Shown here piece by piece: positions 21,601 to 30,594 of a DNA stretch of 64,000 nucleotides (the first letter of the stretch is position 1; each line of letters opens with the position of its first letter). Under the pieces are notes generated by a model. It did no database searches and was not told where the DNA came from. It was given only the letters and a program-made list of their open reading frames with translations. The position numbers were made by a program, and so were the translations under genes. The DNA comes from Gaiellaceae bacterium (GTDB taxonomy: Bacteria; Actinomycetota; Thermoleophilia; Gaiellales; Gaiellaceae): assembly GCA_035293125.1 (NCBI GenBank), contig DATDOS010000158.1:8963-72962 (forward strand), in the 5' to 3' direction.

Positions 21601-22686
21601 CTCGTCGAGCACGGGCGCGGCGACGACGCCGTACCCCTGGGTCTCGAGCAATCGTGCCGCGAGCGCGGCGTCGACCTCCCCTGCGACCAGGATCGTCAGC
21701 GTGCCGCCGCGCTCAGGGGACAGGTGCTCCATGTCGAAGTCGGCCACGTTGATCCGCTCGGCTCCGAGCGCCTGGAAGATGCCGGCGAGAACGCCGGGTC
21801 GGTCGGGGACGTGGACCCGCAGCCGATGGAGCGCTCCGGCGTCCTCGTACGCCGTCTCGAGCATCCTGCGGCGGTTGCCGCTCGCCTCACCGATCCAGCG
21901 TGCGAGGAATCCCGCGTCTCCGCCCGCGAGTGCGGCTTCGAGCTGCTCGACGCGCCGCCGATGCTCGGCGAGCGTCGCTGCGAGGGCGACCCGGTTCTCG
22001 AGGAAGATGTCGACCCAGATCCGCGGGTTCGCGCCGGCGATCCGCGTCATGTCCCGAAGCGATCCTCCTGCCGTCGCAAGCGGATCGTGCCCCTCCACGC
22101 GGGACGATCCAGCCTGGTTGAGCAGGACGTTCGCGAGCGCGTGCGGGAGGTGGCTCGTCACTGCGACGAGCCGATCGTGAGCGTCCGGGTCGATGGCGAC
22201 TGGTCGCGCGCCGAGCCCGGCCACGAATGCATGGGCGGCGCGGTACCGGTCGGGCTCAGTCGTCGCGAGCGGCGTCAGGAACCACGTCGCGCCTTCGAAG
22301 AGGTCGGCGCTCGCCCGCTCGGGGCCGCGGGTCTCGGCACCGCAGATCGGATGGCCGCCGACGAAGCGCGGGTCGTCTCCGGCGGCCGCGCAGACCGCGC
22401 TCTTCGTCGAGCCGGCATCGACCACGGTGCTCGCGGGTGAGGCACACCCGAGAACCTCGCGCGTCACGGCGGGCAAGACCGCCACGGGCACCGCGACGAG
22501 CACGACATCCACATCTCGTACCGCTTCGGCGAGCGACTCGGCGGCGACGACCGCGCCCCGCTCCGCGGCGACCCCGAGCGCGGCCGGATCCTCGTCCCAG
22601 CCGGCGACGACCTCTATCCCGCCGCGCTTGCACGCCAGCGCCACGGAGGCGCCGATGAGCCCTGTCCCCACGACCGCGAGTCGCAT
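21598..22686 (-). CDS. tyrA: Prephenate dehydrogenase with C-terminal ACT domain
   Basis: ATG 22686 inside composite track ORF 21598..24573. Motifs MRLAVVGTGLIGASVA (Rossmann), GGHPICG and an ACT-like tail LRVHVPDRPGVLAGIF. Confidence 0.9.
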   Translation of the reverse strand: MRLAVVGTGLIGASVALACKRGGIEVVAGWDEDPAALGVAAERGAVVAAESLAEAVRDVDVVLVAVPVAVLPAVTREVLGCASPASTVVDAGSTKSAVCAAAGDDPRFVGGHPICGAETRGPERASADLFEGATWFLTPLATTEPDRYRAAHAFVAGLGARPVAIDPDAHDRLVAVTSHLPHALANVLLNQAGSSRVEGHDPLATAGGSLRDMTRIAGANPRIWVDIFLENRVALAATLAEHRRRVEQLEAALAGGDAGFLARWIGEASGNRRRMLETAYEDAGALHRLRVHVPDRPGVLAGIFQALGAERINVADFDMEHLSPERGGTLTILVAGEVDAALAARLLETQGYGVVAAPVLDE

Positions 22687-22697
22687 GGCGGGTGCCG

Positions 22698-24053
22698 TCA
22701 GGTGGCTCGCATGAGCTCGGCGACGCGGAAGGCGACGTCGAGCGACTGCCGGCCGTTCAGCCGTGGGTCGCAGAGCGTCTCGTAGCGGTGGTCGAGTTGC
22801 TCCTCGCGCACGGCCTCCGAGCCTCCGAGGCACTCGGTGACGTCCTCGCCCGTGAACTCGAGGTGGACTCCGCCAGGCCATGTGCCGACCTCGCGGTGCG
22901 CTGCGAAGAAGCCCTGCAACTCGGTCATGATCGAGTCGAAGTGGCGCGTTTTCGTCCCGGAGGGCATCCGGACGAGGTTCGCATGCATCGGGTCGCAGGC
23001 CCAGACCACGGGAACGTCCGCGGCCCGCACCGCCCTGAGGAGGGGCGGGAGGAGGTCCCGCACGCGCTCGGCGCCCATCCGCGCGATGAACGTCAGCCGT
23101 CCAGGCACGCGATCCGGATTGAGCCGCTTCGCAAGCGCGACCGCCTCGTCCCCGGTGGCAGTCGGGCCGAGCTTGACTCCGATCGGGTTGTCGACGCCAG
23201 AGAAGAACTCGACGTGCGCGCCGTCCAGCGCACGCGTGCGGTCTCCGATCCAGAGCATGTGAGCCGAGCAGTCGTACGGCTGTCCGGTCAGCGAGTCCGT
23301 GCGCGTCAGCGGCTCCTCGTACTCGAGCAGGAGCCCTTCGTGGCTCGTCCACACGTCGACCTCGTGGAGGGTCGGCTCGCGCGCGAGGTCGATCCCGATC
23401 GACTGCATGAAGTGGAGGGCGCGCTCGATCTCGTCCGCGAGCGCCTCGTAGCGCTGGCCCGAGGGAGAGCTGGCGACGAACTCTCGGTTCCACGTGTGTA
23501 CGCGCGTCAGGTCGGCGAAGCCGCCCTTCGTGAAGGCCCGCAGGAGGTTGAGGGTCGAAGCGGCTTGGTAGTACGCCTGCACGAGCCGCTCCGGCTCGGA
23601 GCGGCGTGCCTCCGGCGTCGGCTCGTCGGAGTGCACGATGTGCCCGCGAAACGACGGGAGCTCGATCCCGTCCACGATCTCGGTCGGTGCTGTCCGCGGC
23701 TTGGCGAACTGTCCGGCGATCCGACCCACTTTGACCACCGGGAGCGTCGCACCGTAGGTGAGCACCGCCGACATTTGCAGCAGGACCTTGAGCTTCTCGC
23801 GGATCGCCGGTGCGGAGACGTCTCGGAACGACTCGACGCAGTCCCCCGCCTGGAGCAGGAACGCTCGTCCCTCGCAAACCTCCCCGAGCGCCGTGAGGAG
23901 GGCTCGTGCCTCGCCGGCGAACACGAGTGGGGGAAGTGCGCGAAGTCTCTCCCGCGCCGCGGCGAGCGCCGCGAGGTCGGGCCACTCGGGCTGCTGGCCC
24001 GCCGGCAGCTCCCGCCACGAGGACGGTGTCCAGGTCGGCTCGGTGATCGCCAT
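22698..24053 (-). CDS. aroG: DAHP synthase, class II
   Basis: Motifs KVGRIAGQFAKPRT, WIGDRTR and WACDPMHAN typical of class II (plant/actinobacterial) DAHPS. ATG 24053 is preferred over the upstream start at 24092. Confidence 0.92.
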   Translation of the reverse strand: MAITEPTWTPSSWRELPAGQQPEWPDLAALAAARERLRALPPLVFAGEARALLTALGEVCEGRAFLLQAGDCVESFRDVSAPAIREKLKVLLQMSAVLTYGATLPVVKVGRIAGQFAKPRTAPTEIVDGIELPSFRGHIVHSDEPTPEARRSEPERLVQAYYQAASTLNLLRAFTKGGFADLTRVHTWNREFVASSPSGQRYEALADEIERALHFMQSIGIDLAREPTLHEVDVWTSHEGLLLEYEEPLTRTDSLTGQPYDCSAHMLWIGDRTRALDGAHVEFFSGVDNPIGVKLGPTATGDEAVALAKRLNPDRVPGRLTFIARMGAERVRDLLPPLLRAVRAADVPVVWACDPMHANLVRMPSGTKTRHFDSIMTELQGFFAAHREVGTWPGGVHLEFTGEDVTECLGGSEAVREEQLDHRYETLCDPRLNGRQSLDVAFRVAELMRAT

Positions 24054-24088
24054 CGGACAACGAGTGTAGACCGCGCCGGCCTGCGCCC

Positions 24089-24835
24089 TCAACGCGTGCC
24101 GGAGGCCGGCCCGTGTGCGAGAACCGACAGGGGCAGGACGCCGTCGAGGAGGGCGCGTCCGACGATGCCGCCCTCGCAGCCGGCGGCCTCGACTGCGGCC
24201 AGGTCGTCGAGTGAGCGAATCCCACCGGCTGCCAGCACGGGAATTCCCGAGTGGGCACGTACCCGCCCGAGGAGGTCGACGTCCGGGCCGGTGAGTGTTC
24301 CGTCTCGCTCGATGGCGGTGCAGAGAAGTCGCTGGGCTCCCGCTTCCCGGCAGCGCTCGGCGGCTTCCTCGGCTCGGAGCGACGTCGTGTCCTCCCAGCC
24401 GCGGACCGCCACGACACCGTCTCGGACGTCGATCGCGACGACGAGTCGATCCCCGAGCGCGACGGCGTAGCGCTCGACCGCGCGGTCGTCGACGAAGACG
24501 GCCGTTCCGACGACGACACGTGCCGCTCCCGCCTCGAGCACTCGCTCGGCGTCCACGAGCGAGCGGACACCACCCGCGGCCTGAACGGGAACGACGCCTG
24601 CGGCGGCGACCACCTGTCGCACGAGCTCCGGTCTGATCTTCCCGCTGCGAGCCGCGCCGAGGTCGACGAGGTGGATCAGCGCGGCCCCGGCCTTCACGAG
24701 CTGCTCGACGAAAACGAGCGGGTCTGCTCGTCGGCTCGTGATGCGGCTGAAGTCACCGCGCTCGAGGCGAACGACCTCGGCTTCGAGCACATCGACGGCG
24801 GGGATGACGCGAAATCGCTTCTCTTGTGTTAGCAC
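24089..24835 (-). CDS. hisA: ProFAR isomerase HisA (possibly bifunctional PriA type)
   Basis: 248 aa (beta/alpha)8 protein with VIPAVDVLEAEVVRL, AAGGVRS and LAAGGIRSLDDL. It lies with aroG-tyrA rather than in the his operon. Confidence 0.88.
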   Translation of the reverse strand: MLTQEKRFRVIPAVDVLEAEVVRLERGDFSRITSRRADPLVFVEQLVKAGAALIHLVDLGAARSGKIRPELVRQVVAAAGVVPVQAAGGVRSLVDAERVLEAGAARVVVGTAVFVDDRAVERYAVALGDRLVVAIDVRDGVVAVRGWEDTTSLRAEEAAERCREAGAQRLLCTAIERDGTLTGPDVDLLGRVRAHSGIPVLAAGGIRSLDDLAAVEAAGCEGGIVGRALLDGVLPLSVLAHGPASGTR

Positions 24836-24851
24836 GCTAACATGGTACTAT
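24824..24851 (+). promoter_or_regulatory. Candidate promoter (TTGTGT-16 nt-TACTAT) with embedded palindrome GTTAGC-AC-GCTAAC (24828-24841)
   Basis: A locally AT-richer divergent region between the hisA start (24835) and the YerC-like gene (24885). The hexamers and the perfect 6+6 palindrome were read directly. Confidence 0.35.
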
Positions 24852-24884
24852 GCTCTACTCGGAAGACGTCGACTCCGTCTCTCC

Positions 24885-25202
24885 ATGACCGAAGGGCTTC
24901 CACACGAATGGCGTACGAACGAGACCAGCGACCTGTTCGAGGCGATTCTCAGCCTCCGGACGCTCGACGAGGCCGAGCGCTTCTTCCGGGACCTGTGCAC
25001 GCTCGCGGAGATCGAGGCGATGACCCACCGGTGGCAGGCGGCGAGGCTGCTGGACGAGGGCCTGCCGTATCTCGAGGTGGCGACGCGAACGGGCGCGTCG
25101 ACGACGACCGTGACTCGCGTCGCACAGTGGCTCAAGCGCGGCGCCGACGGGTATCGGCTGGTGCTCGACCGCCGCAAGCGGGCTCGCGGCCGGACCGTCT
25201 GA
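24885..25202 (+). CDS. TrpR/YerC-YecD family DNA-binding protein
   Basis: 105 aa from ATG 24885. LFEAILSLRTLDEAERFFRDLCTLAEIEAMTHRWQAARLLDEGLPYLEVATRTGASTTTVTRV matches the YerC/TrpR-like pattern. Confidence 0.8.
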   Translation: MTEGLPHEWRTNETSDLFEAILSLRTLDEAERFFRDLCTLAEIEAMTHRWQAARLLDEGLPYLEVATRTGASTTTVTRVAQWLKRGADGYRLVLDRRKRARGRTV

Positions 25203-26038
25203 CCATCGCCGTCCCGGCAAAGGGGCGACTCCGGGAGCCCGCGGTCGGGCTGCTCGCCGAGGCCGGGCTCGGGCCCGAGCAACCCGGCGAGCGCGCGCTC
25301 GCGTTTCCGTGCCGGAACGCTCCCGTCGACGTCCTTCTCGTGCGCGCGGCGGATGTGCCCGAGTATGTGCAGGACGGGGTCGTCGAGTGCGGCGTCACCG
25401 GTGCGGATCTCGTTCGCGAGAGTGGCGCCGACGTCGAAGAGCTCCTTCGCCTCGGCTTCGGCGCGTGCACTCTCGAGGCTGCCGTCCCCGCCGAGACGCC
25501 GGCGCAGGTGCTCGATGACCTCGACGGGATGCGCATCGCGACCGTCTACCCTCGACTTGCGGCCGAGCTGCTCGGGGAGCACGGGGTGGAGGTCGAGCTC
25601 GTCCGCGTCACCGGCTCGGTCGAAGTTGCTCCGCGGCTCGGGCTCGCGGATGCGATCGTCGATCTCGTCTCGAGCGGGAGCACGTTGCGCACGAACGGGC
25701 TGCGCTCGCTGGGCGCCCTCTTCTCGTCCGAGGCGGTGCTTGTGGCGAGGCCGGACGCGAGCGGGCGGGCGCGAGAGCTCGCGACGGTCCTACGAAGCGT
25801 CGTCCAAGCCAGGGAGACGCGGTACCTCATGCTGAACGCACCGGAGAGCGCCCTCGAAGAGATCACGCGGCTCGTGCCGGGCTCCGGCTCACCGAGTGTC
25901 CTGCCGCTCGCGGAGCCCGGCATGGTTGCCGTCCACGCACTCGTGCCCGCGGCCGACGTGTGGCGGCTCCTGCCACGACTCGAAGCGGCCGGGGGATCGT
26001 CGATCCTGCTCGTCCCGGTCGAGCGGATGCTTGCATGA
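25199..26038 (+). CDS. hisG: ATP phosphoribosyltransferase, long form (start CTG 25199 or GTG 25127)
   Basis: LTIAVPAKGRL N-terminus, VDLVSSGSTLRTNGL signature and a C-terminal regulatory domain. CTG 25199 overlaps the upstream TGA (CTGA). Confidence 0.88.
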   Translation: MTIAVPAKGRLREPAVGLLAEAGLGPEQPGERALAFPCRNAPVDVLLVRAADVPEYVQDGVVECGVTGADLVRESGADVEELLRLGFGACTLEAAVPAETPAQVLDDLDGMRIATVYPRLAAELLGEHGVEVELVRVTGSVEVAPRLGLADAIVDLVSSGSTLRTNGLRSLGALFSSEAVLVARPDASGRARELATVLRSVVQARETRYLMLNAPESALEEITRLVPGSGSPSVLPLAEPGMVAVHALVPAADVWRLLPRLEAAGGSSILLVPVERMLA

Positions 26039-26132
26039 GGCACCCCAAGCCAACCCCAGCCATCATGCGCTTTCCTCGGACGTCGCTCGGAGGCCGGCTC
26101 CGCCCGCCGGGAGCCGTGGCCGGCCCAGGGGT

Positions 26133-26176
26133 GTTCGCGAGGCGTGATCCGCTCCTGCGGATCACGCCTCTGCGCA
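26133..26176. repeat. REP-like hairpin related to the 21.2-21.6 kb repeats
   Basis: GCGAGGCGTGATCCGC-TCCT-GCGGATCACGCCTCTGCGCA has a perfect 12-bp stem and the same GCGA...stem...TCTGCGCA frame as the 21455-21492 variant. The upstream CCCCAGCCATCA resembles CCCCAGCATCA. Confidence 0.6.
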
Positions 26177-26192
26177 AAGGCGAGGAGCGCGC

Positions 26193-27215
26193 ATGAGCGA
26201 AGTCGCCGCCATCCTTGCGGATGTCCGCGCTCGAGGTGACGAGGCTGTGCGCGAGTGGTCGCTCCGCCTCGACGGCGTCGAGCCGGCCCGCGCGGAGCCG
26301 GGCGCGGACGTGCCCACCGAGGCGGTTCTCGCACTCGCTGCCGCCGTCCGACGCTGGCATGCGCTCCAGCGGCCCGCCGACGTCTCGCTCGAGGTCCGGC
26401 CGGGCGTCGAGCTCGAGCGACGCTGGGTGCCACTTGCGTCGGTCGGGATCTACGTCCCGCGAGGCCTCGTCTCCTCGCTCGTTATGTGTGCGGTGCCGGC
26501 ACAGGTGGCCGGAGTCGGGCGGATCGTCGTCGCCACCCCCCCGAACGGCGCCGAGCGCGTGGCTGCCACGGCGCAGCTCCTCGGACTCGACGAGGTATGG
26601 GCTCTCGGCGGCCCCCCGGCGATCGCCGCCCTGGCGTACGGCACCGCGTCGATCTCTCGGGTGGACAAGATCTGCGGCCCTGGTGGCGCGATGGTGAACG
26701 AGGCGAAGCTCCTCGTGTCGCGGGACGTCGCCATCGACCTTCCGGCCGGGCCGTCGGAGGTCGTGGTGCTCGCCGGAAGTGGCGCCGACCCGCGCATCGT
26801 GGAGCTCGAGCTCGACGCGCAGGCCGAGCACGGGCCGGACTCGCTCTGCCGGCTCGTCGCGGCCGACGGCGACCTCGACGCCGCCCTGGCGGAGGTCGAG
26901 GCGATCGCTCCCGAGCACCTCGTGCTCCTCGGCGAGGACGCCGAAGCCACCGCGCCGCGCGTTCGAAACGCCGGCGCGGTGTTCGTGGGGCCGTGGTCGG
27001 CGGTCGCAGCAGGCGACTACGCGACCGGCGGGAACCACGTCCTCCCCACCGGAGGCTGGGCCCGCGCCATCGGGGGGCTCGGGCTCGAGTCCTTCCTCAA
27101 GCCGGTGACGATTCAACGGTTGACGGCCGAGGGGCTTGCGGGCCTTCGCCCGACCGTCGAGGCGCTCGCCGCGCTCGAGCGCATGCCTGCTCACGCACGG
27201 GCGGTGCGCAGGTGA
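26193..27215 (+). CDS. hisD: Histidinol dehydrogenase (compact, 340 aa)
   Basis: Motifs GGPPAIAALAYGT, DKICGPGGAMVNEAK, AGPSEVVV, QAEHGPDS and GDYATGGNHVLPTGG. Confidence 0.9.
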   Translation: MSEVAAILADVRARGDEAVREWSLRLDGVEPARAEPGADVPTEAVLALAAAVRRWHALQRPADVSLEVRPGVELERRWVPLASVGIYVPRGLVSSLVMCAVPAQVAGVGRIVVATPPNGAERVAATAQLLGLDEVWALGGPPAIAALAYGTASISRVDKICGPGGAMVNEAKLLVSRDVAIDLPAGPSEVVVLAGSGADPRIVELELDAQAEHGPDSLCRLVAADGDLDAALAEVEAIAPEHLVLLGEDAEATAPRVRNAGAVFVGPWSAVAAGDYATGGNHVLPTGGWARAIGGLGLESFLKPVTIQRLTAEGLAGLRPTVEALAALERMPAHARAVRR

Positions 27216-28741
27216 GGGCGCTTCCGGTCGACTTCTCCGCGTACGCGTGGGCGCCGTCGACCGAGGAGCTGGCGAGGCGCGTGGAGCTCGACCCGCTCCG
27301 GGTCGTGCGCTTCGACGGGAACGTCCCACCGCATCCGTCGCCGGCCGCCCGACCGGGGGCGATCGCGGCGGCGCTCGCCGAGGTGAACGCGTATGCGCAC
27401 GGCGGGTACCCGGCCCTCGTCGCTGCGATCGCGGACTACGCCGGATGCGAACCGGCGAACGTCGTGCTCGGCGCGGGCGCCGACGACCTCATTCTCCTCT
27501 GCGCGCGGACGTTTGCCGGGCCCGGGGACTCCGTCGCGATCGCCGAGGATCCGACGTATCCCCTCTACCGGATCGCAGCCCAGCTCGCCGGGGCGGAGAT
27601 CGACGGCGGCGAGCCCGCCGTCACCTTCTGCTGCCGTCCGAACAACCCGACGGGCGAGCTCGGCCAGCTTCCCCGCGAGCGGCCGCTCGTCGTCGACGAG
27701 GCGTACTTCGAGTATGCGGGCGAGACAGCGGTCGGTCTTCTCGAGGAAGGCGTCGTCGTTCTCCGTACGTTCTCGAAAGCGTTCGGACTCGCCGGAGCGC
27801 GGGTCGGCTATGCGCTCGCCGAGCTCGACACCGCGGCCGAGCTCAACCGCCGGCAGGCGCCGCTGCCCGTCTCGACGCTCTCGGCTGCCCTGGCGCTGGC
27901 GGCGCTCGGTGACCCGCCCGACGTCCGACCGCAGATCGAGGAGCGGGAGCGCTGCGCGCGTGCGCTTTCGGCGCTCGGCCTCGCTCCGCTCCCGTCCGCG
28001 ACGAACTTCCTGTTCGTGCCGGTCTCCCAACCCGACGCGTTCGCGGCCGAGCTGCTTCGCGCCGGGATCGTGGTCCGCGCCTTCTCGAACGGGATCCGCT
28101 TCAGCGTCCGGGATCGCGAGGATGACGACCTTCTGCTCGAGGCCGTCGCCCGCATCCTCGAGCGGCCTTCGCCCGTCGCGTCGCCGGCCGCACGTCGGGT
28201 ACGGCACCTGCGAGCGACTGCCGAGACGCGCATGCGTGTGCGGCTCGGGCTCGACGGCGCCGGGCGCGTGCGGGTCGATACGGGCGCAGGCCTCTACGAC
28301 CATCTGCTCGAGCAGCTTGCCTTCCACGCAGGATTCGATCTCGTTCTGGAGGGCGTCGGCGACCTCGAGACCGGGCTACACCACACCGCCGAGGATGCCT
28401 CGCTGGCGTTCGGAGAGGCGCTCGACGCCGTGCTCGGGGATCGCCGCGGCATTGCACGCTACGGAGATGCAGTGGTGCCGATGGACGACGCCCTGGCCCG
28501 GGTGGCGATCGACCTCGGCGGCCGGGCGGCCTCCGAGCTCCGGCTCGAGCGCGACCCGGGGCTCGCAGCCCACATGCTGCAGAGCCTCGCCCAGGCCGGG
28601 CGGCTCGCGCTTCACGTCGAAGCGGAGGGCCGCGACGAGCACCACGTTGCCGAAGCGGTCTTCAAGGCTGTCGGCCGTGCCTTGCGTGCGGCGGTCCGGA
28701 CGGAGGGCCCGGGTATACCGTCGACCAAGGGGCGCCTGTGA
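27212..28741 (+). CDS. hisC-hisB: Histidinol-phosphate aminotransferase fused in frame to imidazoleglycerol-phosphate dehydratase
   Basis: GTG 27212 (GTGA overlap with hisD). The N part has CRPNNPTG and LRTFSKAFGLAGARVGY. The C part has DTGAGLYDHLLEQLAFHAGFDL, HHTAEDASLAFGEAL, DEHHVAEAVFKAVGRAL and PSTKGRL. There is no stop codon between the domains. Confidence 0.85.
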   Translation: MRALPVDFSAYAWAPSTEELARRVELDPLRVVRFDGNVPPHPSPAARPGAIAAALAEVNAYAHGGYPALVAAIADYAGCEPANVVLGAGADDLILLCARTFAGPGDSVAIAEDPTYPLYRIAAQLAGAEIDGGEPAVTFCCRPNNPTGELGQLPRERPLVVDEAYFEYAGETAVGLLEEGVVVLRTFSKAFGLAGARVGYALAELDTAAELNRRQAPLPVSTLSAALALAALGDPPDVRPQIEERERCARALSALGLAPLPSATNFLFVPVSQPDAFAAELLRAGIVVRAFSNGIRFSVRDREDDDLLLEAVARILERPSPVASPAARRVRHLRATAETRMRVRLGLDGAGRVRVDTGAGLYDHLLEQLAFHAGFDLVLEGVGDLETGLHHTAEDASLAFGEALDAVLGDRRGIARYGDAVVPMDDALARVAIDLGGRAASELRLERDPGLAAHMLQSLAQAGRLALHVEAEGRDEHHVAEAVFKAVGRALRAAVRTEGPGIPSTKGRL

Positions 28742-29289
28742 ACGTCGCCGTCTGCGAATACGGCGCCGGCAACGTGCGCTCGGTCGTCGTCGCCTTCGAG
28801 CGTCTCGGTGTGGACGCGCGGGTGACGTCCAGCCCGGCCGATGTCGCCGCCGCGAAGCTCGCTGTGCTTCCGGGTGTGGGCTCCGCTGCGAGCGCCATGG
28901 AGGGGCTTCGCGAGCGAGGGCTCGATGCCGCCTTGCGCGAGCGGGTCGCGGCCGCCGGCTCCACCCTGGGGATCTGCCTCGGCCTCCAGCTCGCACTCGA
29001 GGAATCGGAGGAGGACGGCGGCGTTCCCGGGCTCGCGATTATCCCCGGCCGCGCCGTTCGCCTCAGCGCGGGTCGGGTGCCGCGGATCGGGTGGGCGCCG
29101 GTCGAGCCGGGCGGGGATGTCTTCTACTTCGCCCACTCGTACGCTGCGGAGACGACCGCCGCCGTCTCTCGCTCGGAGGGCATCGTGGCGGTCGCCGCAC
29201 GAGGCAGCTTCGTCGGCGTCCAGTTCCATCCGGAGAAGAGCGGCGCCGCGGGTGCCCGCTTCCTCGCACGATGCCTCTCCCGCGCCTGA
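28738..29289 (+). CDS. hisH: Imidazole glycerol phosphate synthase, glutaminase subunit
   Basis: 183 aa with LAVLPGVGS, LGICLGLQL (nucleophile Cys) and GVQFHPEKS. GTGA overlap with the preceding ORF. Confidence 0.9.
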   Translation: MNVAVCEYGAGNVRSVVVAFERLGVDARVTSSPADVAAAKLAVLPGVGSAASAMEGLRERGLDAALRERVAAAGSTLGICLGLQLALEESEEDGGVPGLAIIPGRAVRLSAGRVPRIGWAPVEPGGDVFYFAHSYAAETTAAVSRSEGIVAVAARGSFVGVQFHPEKSGAAGARFLARCLSRA

Positions 29290-30014
29290 TCCCCTGCCTC
29301 GACGTCGCCGGAGGGCGCGTCGTGAAAGGCGTCCGCTTCGCGGGCCTCGCCGAGGTGGGGGATCCCGTCGAGCTCGCGGAGGCCTACTCGGACGCCGGCG
29401 CCGACGAGCTCGTGTTCCTCGACGTCGAGGCCACCCTCGAAGGGCGCGCCGCGCTGAAGGGTCTGGTCGCGCGCGTTGCAGATCGGCTCGCCATCCCGCT
29501 CATGGTCGGCGGCGGGGTGCATTCGGTGGGCGACGCGGAGGCGCTCCTGTCGTGTGGCGCCGACAAGGTCTCGGTGAACAGCGCGGCGCTCGCCCGGCCG
29601 GTGCTCGTGAGTGAGCTCGCGGCTCGCCTCGGCTCGCAGGCCGTCGTCGTCGCGATCGACACGGCTGCCGGCGAGGTCTGGTCGCGCGCGGGCACGGAAC
29701 GAGCGGGACGTGAGGTCGTCTCCTGGGCCCGGGAGGCCGAGCAATGCGGCGCCGGCGAGATCCTGCTCACCTCGATCGACGCGGACGGTACCCGTGAGGG
29801 CTATGACCTCGAGGTGACTCGAGCGGTTGCCGACGCGGTCTCGATCCCCGTCATCGCCTCGGGCGGTGCCGGCTCCGCTCGGCATGTGGCGGACGTGCTG
29901 CAAGTGGCACAGGCGGCGCTCCTGGCTTCGATCCTGCACGAGAACCCGGCGCGGCTGACGGCGCTGCGTCACGAGCTGAGGAAGCTCGGGGTCCCGCTTC
30001 GCGATGCAGCCTGA
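29271..30014 (+). CDS. hisF: Imidazole glycerol phosphate synthase, cyclase subunit
   Basis: ATG 29271 with [26 protein letters not shown] and VIASGGAGS. Confidence 0.93.
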   Translation: MPLPRLIPCLDVAGGRVVKGVRFAGLAEVGDPVELAEAYSDAGADELVFLDVEATLEGRAALKGLVARVADRLAIPLMVGGGVHSVGDAEALLSCGADKVSVNSAALARPVLVSELAARLGSQAVVVAIDTAAGEVWSRAGTERAGREVVSWAREAEQCGAGEILLTSIDADGTREGYDLEVTRAVADAVSIPVIASGGAGSARHVADVLQVAQAALLASILHENPARLTALRHELRKLGVPLRDAA

Positions 30015-30594
30015 CCTACGTGCAGCGATCGTCCAGGATGCGGCGACGAACCGCGTGCTCATGCTCGCGTGGATGGACGAGGAGGCGCTTCGCCTGACCC
30101 TCGAGACCGGTGAGGCGCACTTCTTCTCTCGCGCGCGAGGAACGCTCTGGCGGAAGGGTGAGACGTCCGGCAACACGCTCGCGGTCGAAGAGGTGCGAGA
30201 CGACTGTGACGGCGACGCGGTGCTGGTGCGCGTTCGGCCGGCTGGCCCCGCGTGCCACACGGGCTCTGTCTCCTGCTTCGCTCCCTGGCTCTGGCGACGT
30301 GTCGTCGAGCGTGCGTCGACGCGACAGCGAGGCTCGTACGTCGCCCGACTCGTTGCCGAGGGGCCCGCCGCCGCGGCGCGCAAGGTTGGTGAGGAGGGCC
30401 TCGAGGCGGCGCTCGCAGGCGCCGGAGAGAGCGACGAGCGGCTCGTCTCGGAGATCGCCGACCTCTGGTTCTCGAGCTACGTGCTGCTCGCTGCGCGGGG
30501 TCTCGACCTGGCCGCCGTCGAAGACGAGCTCGTGCGCCGTGCACACGAGGCCGATCGGATGCTCGCCTCGGCGGATGCTCGGAGCGCCCCGTGA
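30004..30594 (+). CDS. hisIE: Bifunctional PR-AMP cyclohydrolase / PR-ATP pyrophosphatase
   Basis: 196 aa. The N part has WMDEEAL...[23 protein letters not shown]...DCDGDA. The C part is MazG-like (EIADLWF). Confidence 0.9.
   Translation: MQPDLRAAIVQDAATNRVLMLAWMDEEALRLTLETGEAHFFSRARGTLWRKGETSGNTLAVEEVRDDCDGDAVLVRVRPAGPACHTGSVSCFAPWLWRRVVERASTRQRGSYVARLVAEGPAAAARKVGEEGLEAALAGAGESDERLVSEIADLWFSSYVLLAARGLDLAAVEDELVRRAHEADRMLASADARSAP

Noticed and set aside
21598-24573. 991-aa track ORF spanning tyrA, aroG and part of hisA.
   Set aside because: Only its C-terminal 362 aa (from ATG 22686) looks like a real protein, namely prephenate dehydrogenase. The upstream part is Arg/Pro-rich and overlaps aroG and hisA, which are encoded in other frames.
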